Positions 11,424 to 24,100 of a stretch of DNA of 64,000 nt are shown here, piece by piece. Both the position numbers and the translations under genes were made by a program. Under the pieces are notes generated by a model, which saw only the letters and a list, made by a program, of their open reading frames with translations, made no database searches and was not told the DNA's origin. This DNA comes from Antedon mediterranea (taxonomy: Eukaryota > Animalia > Echinodermata). The DNA lies in the NCBI RefSeq assembly GCF_964355755.1, contig NC_092676.1, positions 14,898,871-14,962,870 of the forward strand, written 5' to 3'. How positions within the stretch are numbered: the stretch's first letter is position 1; the number at the start of each line of letters is the position of its first letter.

Positions 11424-14388
11424 TAGTCCAGTCCCTAAGGGGAAATGATGTTACCATAGTGGATACAAGTGTGCCCTTTGGCATGTTGATAGAACATGAT
11501 ATGGAGATACCAAAACAAAGTTACTGGAAATCTGATTTGACCTCTGTGACCTCTGACCTCAATTTTTATATTTCTATCTTAAACAGCCATATCTCCGCAA
11601 CGGGTTTGACAATTGAAATGGTATTGGTGTCAAATAGATCAGAGGGTACATATTTATATTCGCTCTAATAGAACTTTTTCCAAAACAACGACCGGAAATG
11701 TAATTTTGACCTTTGACCTCGGCTTACTATATCTCAATAACTACTGATCAAAATTTCTTGAAATTTGTTTCAAATTGTTAAGAGCATACATATTTATATA
11801 TACTCTAATTAAACATGTTCTTCCAAATCCACAGGAAATGTCATTTACTGACCTTTGACCTTTAATGTTTAAATATGTCTGTATCTCTGTAACCAAATGT
11901 CATAAAAAGTTCAACTTATATTGGTGTCAAAATGTTCAAAATGTAAACATTTATATTAGCTCTAATAGAAGATGTTATCATATTTTTACTGGAAATGCCA
12001 GTTTGAGGTATGACCAGGATATACTGTTAAGCGTGCGTGTGTCATACTTATAATAATATACCTAAAATATAGATTTAATGGACCAGAACTACATTCAATA
12101 TCCTATTTAGCCTTTTACAATTTTCTTAAAACTTAATGTTTAATTTAATTTCAATATATAATTCCATCGCATGGTAGGCCTACACCGTAAGAGCAACACT
12201 TAATATCAACAAAAAATTAGATAAACTTAAAAGTTAAATAACATTTAAAAAAAAGAAAGAAAATCAGGATCTTAAAGAAAGAAAAGAAGAATTAACCAAT
12301 GCGATTTGATACTCATAAAACATATGACCTAATTATCAATTAATTGCTTGAAGTATGCTGAAAAAATAAAATGTTTGAAACAGTGAGGAAAAAGCGAAGA
12401 AAAGAAAAACATATGTTTAAAATATTAGAAATCTTAAAAGGATCAAAGACAAATTAATTACAAAGCTGATTTCTTTTCAAGAACATACTGTAGTGGAATA
12501 TAAAAGGAAAACAAACCAGTGAGCAGTCAAAATTACCATCTTGGATTGATGAGGCAATAACACATCCAGCTCATAACACTATACAACAAACTCTTTGAAA
12601 CCAGAAGAAATTAAGAGAAGCAGTGATAATTATAATTTAATCCACAAAAACATGACAAAACTGACATCAACCATTACCGACCAAACGAACATTATCACAT
12701 GTACACAAATAATTTACAAAAGTAATCAAAAAACAAAATCAGAGACCGACTAGAAGTAAATAAACCAATATATAAGGCTTTATACAGTAGGACCATCTTA
12801 TACAGTTTGTCAATCAACTAAAATAAAAAGGAAATGAATATCACCAAATCTTTGATTTAGAGATTATCAGAAAGCATTTGGCTCAATAAAACAGGCATTA
12901 CCATATTAGAGGGAAATATTATACCTCAACAAATATTGATTACGATCGTTCAAAGAGAAGTTAAGAAAGATTAGTAAGACAAGGCAACACTTAAGATCTT
13001 CACTGCATTGGAAGAGGTGTTTAATCAAAGAGCTAATCTAAAAAATAGAGTAAATATCACTTTAAAGACAAAATAAACAGTTAATTTAACCAAAATCACA
13101 TTGACTTCCAGCCTATTTTTTGCTTTGAATTACAGTTTTTTTGCGTATGCACTATATAATTTTTTTTCAATCCAATTTTTGGTGAAACTATTATGTGTGA
13201 CATTAAAATTGCATATTCAACAAAAATATTTGTCAAAATTACTTTTGTCAGGGGGAAAATAAGTATATCTTTAATAGCATGTGATATTATTAGCAAATAT
13301 TTCAAATGTAGTTTTAAAACTTTCCCATTACAAACAATTGCCATAATTCTGATGACATTACAATACACCCATCCTCTGGGACTTATTTTCAAATGTAGCT
13401 AAAAACTTTCCAGTACAATTCCGGCCATTTTGATGTGTATAGATGCATGCAGTAGCATTGGAAAAGCGAGAGATTGGGGTTGGGTTGGGGTGATGGAGAG
13501 ACACATATTTTTTACATGTTTGTCTACACTATAAACTAGTTTAACAAAAAAGGTGTGATGTGCCCAAATATGGTAGTGATATGTCATTCATCCTGTCCAT
13601 ATATGGGCACATCACATTTTTTTGTCGCATAAAAATGTTATAGTGTAGACAGAGTTTAACATTTGTGTAACATGTAACAAAAATATGTGTCTCTCCATCC
13701 ACCCCAACCCCCTCCCCTCTCTCGATCTCTTTTTATAGATTATTAATTGCTAAATATATGAAAAACGATGGGTCATAGCTCAAAATGACATTTCCAATTG
13801 AATTCTGACAAAATATTTTGTTAGAGCAAATATAAATGTGTATATTCTAAACAATTTGACACCAAACTGAACTTTTTAGGACAAATAGTTACCGCGATAT
13901 TGACATATTTTCACATTAGAGGTCAAGGGTCAAAAAAGCTTAATTTATGGTAATTTTTTGAAAAAAGTTTCTATTAGACTAAATATTAGATTTATTTTCT
14001 TAACATTTTGAGCCCATTCTCAAATCTCTGAGATTGCGTGTTATTGAGATATTAGGCAATCAAGGTCAAAGGTCAAACTGAAAAATAAAGCCTTTGCGGC
14101 CATTTTTGTACAATTTTTTTCATTATACCGAATATAAATATATATCTTCCAAGCATTTTGGAAAAAAAATAAATGTAAAATGTCCATGCGTTGTCAAGAT
14201 ATGGCGATTTTTACTTATATAATAGAAAAATATAAAAATTGAGGTCAGAGGTCACAGAGGTCAAATCAGATTTCCAGTAACTTTGTTTTGGCATCTCCAC
14301 ACTATACTCTACCAAACTGCTATACTGAAAAATTTGTATCCAGTCTGGTAACATCCCACCCCTTTTTCTCCCCTTAGGGACTGGACTA
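11424..14388. mobile_element. Non-autonomous DNA transposon with TAG...CTA ends, 3-bp TSD (ATT) and long TIRs; Academ-like
   Basis: Termini TAGTCCAGTCCCTAAGGGGA / TCCCCTTAGGGACTGGACTA, with ATT on both flanks. Imperfect inverted arms of about 600 bp carry repeated TGACCTTTGACC and TTGGTGTCAAA motifs. Confidence 0.8.
13467..13724. mobile_element. Nested palindromic elements: MITE (13520-13656) inside another inverted repeat
   Basis: Inner arms TGTCTACACTATA / TATAGTGTAGACA. Outer arms GATGGAGAGACACATATTTTT / AAAAATATGTGTCTCTCCATC. Confidence 0.7.
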
Positions 14389-14870
14389 ATTTTATCCATT
14401 GAGATCTAGCCACTGATACCCACAGCATTGTCACTATTTTCAGTAATTTGCCTTTGGATTTTTAATAATATAATAGCAAACATTTTTATATTTTTCTTCT
14501 AAAATCTAATTTGTTTGAAAACTATTTAAAAACTTTTACAAACAAAATCTTTAGTTAATTATTTAGCTTAAATAGCAAAATTTAAAATATTATTGTAAAA
14601 CTTTATACAGTACTATTCAGTTAAATTGCAAATTTATTTCGCTTTTATTTGATACTAATATAAATGTGTAATTATTATTTCTTTAAAATATGAACTACTT
14701 CCATTATTCTTTTACTAAAAAATGACCTTAAATTAATGATGTTTCGGGACCTTTTTTATATAATTTTATCATTTTACGGTTATAGCCCCTATTTTTTGTA
14801 CTACGTATCCATCTACAGACTTTTTTCTCGAATAAACCTAATTGATGATAATAAATACTGTATTTTATTC

Positions 14871-17731
14871 CTAAATTGGTATTGCTTTGTTGTCTTGAAC
14901 TTCTCCTGCACTGCCACTCAAAGTGCATAGGGTTGCAAGCATAAACATAATCTAAGAGAAATTGAATAATAGGCATTAACTATCGTATATGTACATACGC
15001 ATACAGGAACTGGTGGAACCCTCTAAATTAGTAATACAATCTACTATTTGTTACTGTATGTAAACAGGTATGGGTCGAGTGGTTAAGATAGTGGAACCGC
15101 AATTACGTAGCCATAACATCGGCATGGGTTCGAGGCTCACTCACTCCATGGTTCTGGTGGTAGAACGAGTCTTCTCGGATAAGGACTATAAACCGTAGGT
15201 CCAGTGTACACATCTAGCTCGTGTGCACTTTAAAGAACCTAGTACATCTTTCGAGACGAGTAGGGGGTTACCCCGGTGTATTAGTACATCACAGCCACTG
15301 ATCACCAACTGGGCCCTCTGGGAGACCAGTCTTTGACTGAAGAGGTTACCCAGTATAAATATATATTTCAATTCAGTAATGTTTGCCGACCTCGTTAGAT
15401 GCTTTGCTGCTTATTCATGTGTGTGTATGGAAAGCACAACATATTATTTTCTATAGAAACTCTTTCCTCTCCAAAGAGTCTGAATTAATTTTTCGGTGTG
15501 ACTGACTTTGTTATAGTATATTGTATAAACAGAGAATTTCACATTTCTATGGTATTATAAGCGTATCATATTTTTACGCAGATCAACGCAAAATAAAGTT
15601 AATTGTAAACTCATACCATTATAGAACTGTAAACGAGAACTACGACGAATAATCCATTAACAAAATCTTTGATATTCATAATAAAGTCTTCCTTGCAACC
15701 CTGAAAACAAAAATAATTTGACGTTAATTATGCCCCTGAACTGAACAATGTTTCAATTTTAATTTGTTTATGATTTTTTTTGTACCGACAAATTGGTTGT
15801 CGAATGTTGTTTAGCTTTGTAATTTTGTTTGTAAAATGCAACTGTCGATTTTTGTTGCATACTGCATAGTCGGAAAATCAGGCTCCTATAAAATTTGAAA
15901 TCGAAGGTAAATCAACCACACAGGCTTTCACCACCCGTATTTTGCAACCTTGTGAGTACAGACAGTATACACAAGTTATGAATTGATAATGTATTTGCTA
16001 TTAATCAAACTTTCTACCAATAAACAGTTTGAACCTTTAAAATGATGTCATATTGGATTCACTCTTAATTCAATTCAATTTCTTTATTGCTGCAAATGCC
16101 ATCAAGGGCCAATATCCGCTTAAACATACTACATCATACAAACATAATTATACATATTTACATTTAAAATGTAAACACATAAACACAGTTTACTACTAAT
16201 GTATCGGAGTTTACTATGTGAGAGGATATGTACTACATAAATATCTCAATTTTATATTAAGCAGTTCATTTTGTGATTATTTTTTAATAGTGGTTTCATT
16301 AAAAAAATTGTCATAAAATCTACCTGCGTATGAATGTCAGCACTGTTAGGAATGGCCGAAGGGACGCATCCTATAAAAATATCTCTACAGCAGGTATTTG
16401 GTATGGTCTGATTGTTGTCAATCCAGTCATCTTTACCATAGTATCCACAACATAGTAACTATACAATACATTAGTAAAATATAAATATATATAATTATAT
16501 AGATGATTAGACGAATTATTGCAGATCTATAGGCCTAAATGCTGTATGTACGAAAGTGATAGCCTTATCTTTGTTAGTAAGACTGTGGTATAGTTAGTCC
16601 TTTTTTTCCACAGATCTAATCTATTTTAGGTTGATACTCGTACACTACTTTGCCGTGAATCCCACGTATCCGTTAACATCTTGTTGTTACCATAGTGACT
16701 CATGCTCTCAACTGTTTCTTTGCTAAATCTATCAATAAGTTCTGATTTCCCGATCGTAAGAAGTATAAATGATGCTGTAAGAAGTAGTAGAGATACGAAC
16801 ATCACAGTCCAATTAAACTGAAGATAAATGATCAGTATTAGTATTGCACATTACATACACGTCTGGATGGATGGACAGTTTATATAGTTTACAATTTGTT
16901 TTGTTCAAAACCATCCATGAGTAAATAGGAATGGAATAATATCAATGTTAAACTACAAATTAGGACGATGATGACGACGATGATGACGATGATGATGATG
17001 ATGAGACAGTACTAAAGAAAGAATCAGAAACGAATCTGATAATAATATCGATAATGGCAATTGTATTTGATTCATATTTAGGTACTTACACACATAAATA
17101 AATTTTGCTTTTTACTTAGATGAACAGAGAGTCCAAAAATGCTCAATAATAAGAAAACGCCTCCAGCAATGAACAAGCTGATGCTCATTGTAGTAAATGG
17201 ACTTTTAATATTGATATGCTTTAAGTCATCAGTTATATCACCAGCCAATATAAACACACCCAGTATAAAACAAGCCACACCACAAACCTGATGGTAAGAT
17301 GAACAATTTATTTTATTCTAATTTTGTTTAAAAAACTAACTGTTACGCTTTTTACCCTGCAATTTTGGCCCGACATGATCTTGTCAGTCGTTTCCCTATT
17401 TTTCAGAATATGTTCACTGCATGTGTACAATTCTTTTCATGACTATTTGTGTAATTTAGCAAAACATGATTATCAACCCCGCACCCCCACCACCCTCTAT
17501 GTACACACGTCACAGAAATTGATGGTGATGGCTGTAGGCCTACTGCGAGCCCGCTAGTAGGAATCTCAATCAATGTAGGCTATATCTCTAATGCATTGTA
17601 CGTCCATCTATGGTTATCGGTAAAGTTGTCATTTAAGCATGGTTATAAAAACTATAAATACTTACAACATAAACAACAGAAAGTAGCATTGCCCAACACT
17701 GTAAACAGAGGCTCTCAATACATCCCGCCAT
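14871..17731 (-). CDS. Tetraspanin B (about 245 aa); exons 17731-17666, 17287-17090, 16817-16644, 16458-16324, 15700-15617, 14951-14871
   Basis: Phase-0 GT-AG exons give MAGCIESLCLQCWAMLLSVVYV, four TM segments, WDSRQSS-LLCCGYYG, PNTCC, C, GCKED, and a last exon IMFMLATLC...IPI*. Exon sizes mirror tetraspanin C. Confidence 0.87.
15063..15375 (+). mobile_element. Full-length tRNA-derived SINE with Deu/Nin-like central domain
   Basis: A box TGGGTCGAGTGG and B box GGTTCGAGGC. The core TCGGATAAGGACTATAAACCGTAGGTCC..TAAAGAACC..TTCGAGACGAGTAGGGGG..CCCCGGTG resembles the Deu domain. It ends in a TTCAA tail. Confidence 0.8.
16964..17004. repeat. (GAT/GAC)n microsatellite
   Basis: Directly visible. 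Confidence 0.9.
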
Positions 17732-18173
17732 TTATAACTATCTGGCTATTCAAAGACACTTACTATATCATATTTTGTATGTTACTACCTACGTTAATAA
17801 TAGGTAACTTATAATAATCTGTCAGACAGAGCGCAGATTATTTTCTTCTGAATAGACCTACGTCATAGTGAGGCCATTTTTTACTCTATATTTTATCAAC
17901 TCTAGTATAGTATACCGTATTGCTTGGAATGTTTTGCGAAATATTATTTTGTCCTTGACAATTATTCTTTCTAAATCCATAGGTATTGTTAATACTTGAG
18001 GGGGAGGAATTTTGAATGAATAACAGATAATGACAATTCATCGAGCGAAACGACAGAATACATATACAAATAAATAGCATGATATAAAGTGTACAGAGCT
18101 GACTTTTGAGTTTCATCTTGTGTATTCTCTTTTCAATGTTAACTTCGGATTAGAACAGGTATACCAATACAAC
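17732..18173. promoter_or_regulatory. Putative bidirectional promoter between tetraspanins B and C
   Basis: Only 442 bp separate the divergent ATGs. The interval contains a CRE-like ACGTCA near 17860. Confidence 0.55.
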
Positions 18174-21100
18174 ATGGCTAAATGCCTACAAGTAATGTGC
18201 ATGAATGTCTGTGTATCATTTCTGAGTGTTACTTTACTAGTAAGTTATATTTTACATTTCTATTAGAAAACCTACAAACTTAGTTGTGACATACAGTAAG
18301 TCATACCATTTGTCCGTAGGTTAATATAGCTAGAGCTAAAATTGGATTAGATTATTTTAAAGAAAACCAATGGAAACAAAATATAAGTCTGTTTGAATGT
18401 ACTATTTAAATAAATATTCGCACCAATAGATTAATAACTAGTAGATAAAAATATAAATAACGCTTGACACTAACTTTTTATGTGCGTGTCACGTAAAACA
18501 ATTCGCCTAGTGGAAAAGGTGCTTTATGAAGTAACTTCTAGCATACCGCCAACAAGATAAATGATATAGTCTTCTGTGCTTTTTTAGCTGGCTGGAATAA
18601 CATCTTTAATATATGCTGTAGTTATCCTTGCTACTGATATTAATCCAGAGTTCCGAGAGCTTGCAATAAACCAAACATTTACGGAAGTCACATATGGATT
18701 GATTTTCTTGTTCATGGTGTTCGTTTTACTCACTGTTGTCGGTTGTTTTACACACATTAAAAAAAACAATTCCTGTATGTTCATTGTAAGTAATCATTAT
18801 TTCTTTTAAAATCAATTCGTGGGACACGACTTTGAAACGTTATTATAATATAATAACTAAACTTCCAATACTCTTTTTAGGTTTTATTAATTCTGAAAAT
18901 ATGATTGATTTCAGTTTTTCATTTTACTTGTAATTACCTGTTCAGTAATATTATTATGCAGTATCATATTAATTACTGTTGGTAAAAAGCATATGAAAGA
19001 AGCTTACGAACTTGAAGTGAAAGATAGTATGACAAAGTACGGCAACAATGAAAAGCTAACCAACAAATGGGATCAGCTACAATCACAGGTAGGTTATCAA
19101 TTACACTCATGTAAACTAATTACAAACTGTACTTGGTTACTTGGTATAGATAGGTCCTTGGGGAAGGGATCTTAATTTTTCTTTGAAAGATTCTACTGCA
19201 GTTGTTGTATAAATGATATTTGTTCCAATCAGAAATAATTCTATTACCATAAAATCGTTTTGCGACTTCAGTTTTTGCCTGCCAAATTTTAATGAGTTGC
19301 CTCTCATTTGAGGGTGGTGATTTGTATTGACAGTTCATATTATTTGAAAGCCTCCACCAAATCAGTTTCCTTCCTTCTAACGTGAGCAAACCGATTTTTT
19401 CGCAAACATCTCTTCTGCTTTTCATTGCATGAAAAGGTATATAGTAGCTTGCTTTATGGATTCTTATTTCCCGCATAAGGCACGGAATAAATTGTGATCC
19501 ACGGTCGGTGAGAATTTGTTTAGGAATACCTAACCTACTGTAGTGAATATCGTCAGTAATTCTTCAATATTCTGAATCAATATTTCTGATGGGAATGGAT
19601 AATGGGTTGCCAAATCCATTAATACTAATATGTATCTATGATATGATGGTTCTATAGGTCCTATCAAGTCGGCGGCCATCCGTTCAAATGGAGTGTCCAT
19701 AAGAGACAATTATAAAATATCACATGATTAGCAATATCTTCGAACATCAGCCCCAATACCTTGCCAAAAAATCTTTCAGTATCCTTTCTTGGTTTTATTT
19801 AACTAACTAGTGACCCCTCAAGTAAACCTTCATTGGCCATTCTCATTAAATGAATCCTATATTCTAAAGGTACTACAAACTGGCTAATTACATCCCCAAA
19901 ATTAACCTTTTTTGACGTCGATAAAGTTGATAGGTACATATATAACCTTAAATATACAGTTCAAATTAAACTAAAAAGTGGAATTTTCGAAACTTTAAAT
20001 AACATTTGAACTTCTAATTTAAAGAAAACATGAAAAATAAAGATTAATAAAATCCGACTTTAAATAAATTATTTTGTAGTTTTAATTAAGTCAATCACAT
20101 AGAAAAAAACAGAAAAAAATTATGTTTTCACTTATAAATGACAAAATAAACCCATTGGTTGGTTGGTTGGCAGCCAATTTGACTATTTTTGCTTTAAATT
20201 ACAGGTTTTTTTTTATGTAAATACATTTTTTTTTCGATCCAATTATTGGTCAAAGTGGAAAACTATAGTATGAGACATTAAAATGGCATATTAAAAAAAA
20301 AATAGACAAGACAAGGCAATGGTGAAATGGGTATGCAATTTTAGGAAGATGAAGCATATCCTTCTTTAAGAAACGAAACAATATTGGATAATTTTAAAAT
20401 AGATGGGATGGGCATTAGTAATAAAATTATTAATGCCTTTTCAGAATGTTTAGGAGACGGATTTTTACCAAGTTTAGTTTAAAATGTACGTATTCCTTTG
20501 GTTATCCAAAGAACATAATTTCTACAAACAGTAACATATTTGTGTGGAACTGAATCAGCTATGGTACATGAGAAATAATCATACCATAGTGAACAAGATG
20601 TCTCAGAGTCAAGAATATCGAAAAAGTTCGTAGGTAGTCATGACCATAGTTTCTGAACATGCACAATGTCAAATCGGTTACCGCCAGATACAGTTTATCA
20701 TTTTCTTTTTGGACGTTAAATATTAATCTAACGTCGATAATAAGGTGATCAGACGTGCTATGTTCTGGTAAAGGGTTGCGACTTAACAGAGATTGTGGAT
20801 TTGTTAACCATGTTTCCGATGGCGTTTGCTCCATTTGATAAAAATAATGTGCGAAGTTCATAAATTTTGTTTAGGCCTACCGAACTACATGCATTTAAGT
20901 TCAGTAAAATTAAAGGCCACGTGCGGGCAAAAAATTTCTATTGATCATACATTCCAATAATTATCGATATATAGTTTCCCCTATGTTTCATAATTTTTTT
21001 AATTTTATTTGTGTTACACGAGCTTGTTGAAAATAAGCACCTTCTTATCAGTTATCAGATAGTTCAAATTACACAGTAAAATCATTAGGCGCAGGAGCCC

Positions 21101-24100
21101 CGGATAGCGTTACGAAGTCGTTAACTCTGTCAGCCCATGGTCAACCCAACTAATGTGTTTTTCCCAAAGACAACTTATCAATAACTAAACTTTGTCACCA
21201 CCCATAAGTGTGCTGTTCATTTCCTATTGACCAATGAACACCAATGTAACTGGACCTGAGTTTCTTGCTATTCGACCTTGGGTGCAAATTATACAATTAA
21301 TTGATGTTAAGGCCACTGACTACTCTTTTCTGTATAGAAACACTGAATTGACTGAATAATAAGAAAACCCTACAATAATTTCTACTACTACTTGATATGG
21401 TGTTATACAAGAACTATATATATTAAAAGAATTGAATGTATGGAGAATGAAAAGTTAAACGTTATAACTTATATGTAAAACATCACTTAGATGATATCTA
21501 TCAGTTACATTGTTGTTCATTGGTCAAAATTAATTCTGTGTTAGATGATATCTATCAGATATATCATTTTCTAAAAATTGTTTCATTAGTTAGAATAGAT
21601 CACGGAATACCAATACTGATCTGGACTCGGAAATTCAAAATGTAGCAGGCAACGTTTCACCAATGAAAACTTTCAAGACAAACAAAGTATCATAATTATC
21701 ATGATATCCATTTTTATTTAATAACGATAAATGGATATAAATATTTCGTCTTTTTTTGTTATTTTGCGATGGAAAATATATTGAGTGAACATTGGCACTG
21801 AGCTTAAATGTTTTCGTCCCCTTAATGTCCGCTTTATAGGAGTGTCCCCTCAGTAAGGATTTGCTGTTTTGCCCCTTAATAATAAATTATGATGTCCATC
21901 TTATCCTCTCAATTTTAATGTGCTACACCCGATAATAGAATACACATCTAGCTCGTGTGTACTTTAAAGAACCTAGTACATCTTTCGAGACGAGTGGGGG
22001 GTTACCCCGGTGTATTATCACAGCCACTGATCACTAACTGGGCCCTCTGGGAGACCAGTCTTTGACTGAAGAGGTTACCCATTATAAATATATATTTCAA
22101 TTCAATAGAATAACTGTACAGTAGGCTCCCATTTGATGCAATGTGTTACCCAATGTGCTCAATTTGATTGTGCTACCCAAATCCATGCTATCCATTTGAA
22201 ATAATTTGCTATCCATTTGAAAGAATGTGCTACCCGATAATCCGTATAGAATAATGTACAGTACAATTACATATATCCATTTGATTGTGCTACCTAATGT
22301 GCTATCCATTTGAAATAATGTGCTATCCATTTGAAAGAATGTGCTATCCATTTGAAATAATGTGCTACCCGATAATCCGTATAGAATAATGTACAGTACA
22401 GTACTATATCCATTTGATTGTGCTACCCAATGTGCTATCCATTTGAAAGAATGTGCTCCATTTGAAAGAATGTGCTACCCGATAATCCGTATAGAATAAT
22501 GTACAGTACTATATCCATTTGATTGTGCTACCTAATGTGCTATCCATTTGAAAGAATGTGCTATCCATTTGAAAGAATGTGCTATCCATTTGAAATAGGC
22601 CTAATGTGCTATCCATTTGAAAGAATGTGCTACCCGATAATCCTTATAGAATAATGTACAGTACTATATCCATTTGACTGTGCTACCTAATGTGCTATCC
22701 ATTTGAAAGAATGTGCTACCCGATAATCCGTAGGCTATAGAATAATGTACAGTACAATTATATCCATTTGATTGTGCTACCTAATGTGCTATCCATTTGA
22801 AATAATGTGCTACCCGATAATCCTTATAGAATAATGTACAGTACTATATCCATTTGATTGTGCTACCCAATGTGCTATCCATTTGAAATAATGTGCTATC
22901 CATTTGAAATAATGTGCTATTTGAAAGAATGTGCTACCCGATAATCCGTATAGAATAATGTACAGTACAATTACATATATCCATTTGATTGTGCTACCTA
23001 ATGTGCTATCCATTTGAAATAATGTGCTATCCATTTGAAAGAATGTCCTATCCATTTGAAAGAATGTGCTACCCGATAATCCGTATAGAATAATGTACAG
23101 TACAGTACTATATCCATTTGATTGTGCTACCCAATGTGCTATCCATTTGAAAGAATGTGCTATCCATTTGAAAGAATGTGCTACCCGATAATCCGTATAG
23201 AATAATGTACAGTACTATATCCATTTGATTGTGCTACCTAATGTGCTATCCATTTGAAAGAATGTGCTATCCATTTGAAAGAATGTGCTACCCGATAATC
23301 CTTATAGAATAATGTACAGTACTATATCCATTTGACTGTGCTACCTAATGTGCTATCCATTTGAAAGAATGTGCTACCCGATAATCCTTATATAATAATG
23401 TACAGTACTATATCTATTTGATTGTGCTACCCAATGTGCTATCCATTTGAAATAATGTGCTATCCATTTGAAATAATGTGCTATCCATTTGAAAGAATGT
23501 GCTATCCATTTGAAATAGGCCTAATGTGCTATCCATTTGAAAGAATGTGCTACCCGATAATCATAGAATAATGTACAGTACTATATCCATTTGATTGTGC
23601 TACCTAATGTGCTATCCATTTGAAATAATGTGCTATCCATTTGAAAGAATGTGCTATCCATTTGAAAGAATGTGCTACCCGATAATCCGTATAGAATGCA
23701 CAGTACAGTTATATCATAGTTATATCCATTTGATTGAGCTATCTATTGTGCTATCCGTTTGAACTAATGTGCTGTCTGTTTGAAATAACTCAGGGGTTTT
23801 TTTTTAAATATGTTTTGCTATCCATTTTAAACGTGCTAAACAAGTTACATATTTGTTGATATAAATTTGCGGTACACCACGTAGGCCTATATTAGTTCTG
23901 AAAAGAACTGTTGAGTTGCTTGACGTTTCGATTTAGGCCTACTCTAAAGTCAAAGTCTCCAAAGCTATTCCATCATGTCGTATTCGGGGAATCGCCCACA
24001 AGTGTTTTCTCAGAGAAGGGTATGTTCTGTATGGGGTTCTGTATGCTATTTTTTAATAATGTACAAAAAATGAAATGAAAAATCATATTAATTATCGGTA

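Noticed and set aside
15415-15450. Alternative last exon for tetraspanin B (KIICCAFHTHT*)
   Set aside because: It does not complete TM4 well; 14951-14871 has a better acceptor and matches the last exon of paralogue C.
22104-23790. CRISPR-like repeat/spacer appearance and MDSTFFQ-repeat ORFs
   Set aside because: The intervening segments are themselves repeated rather than unique, there are no cas genes, and the context is eukaryotic. The ORFs are by-products of the satellite.
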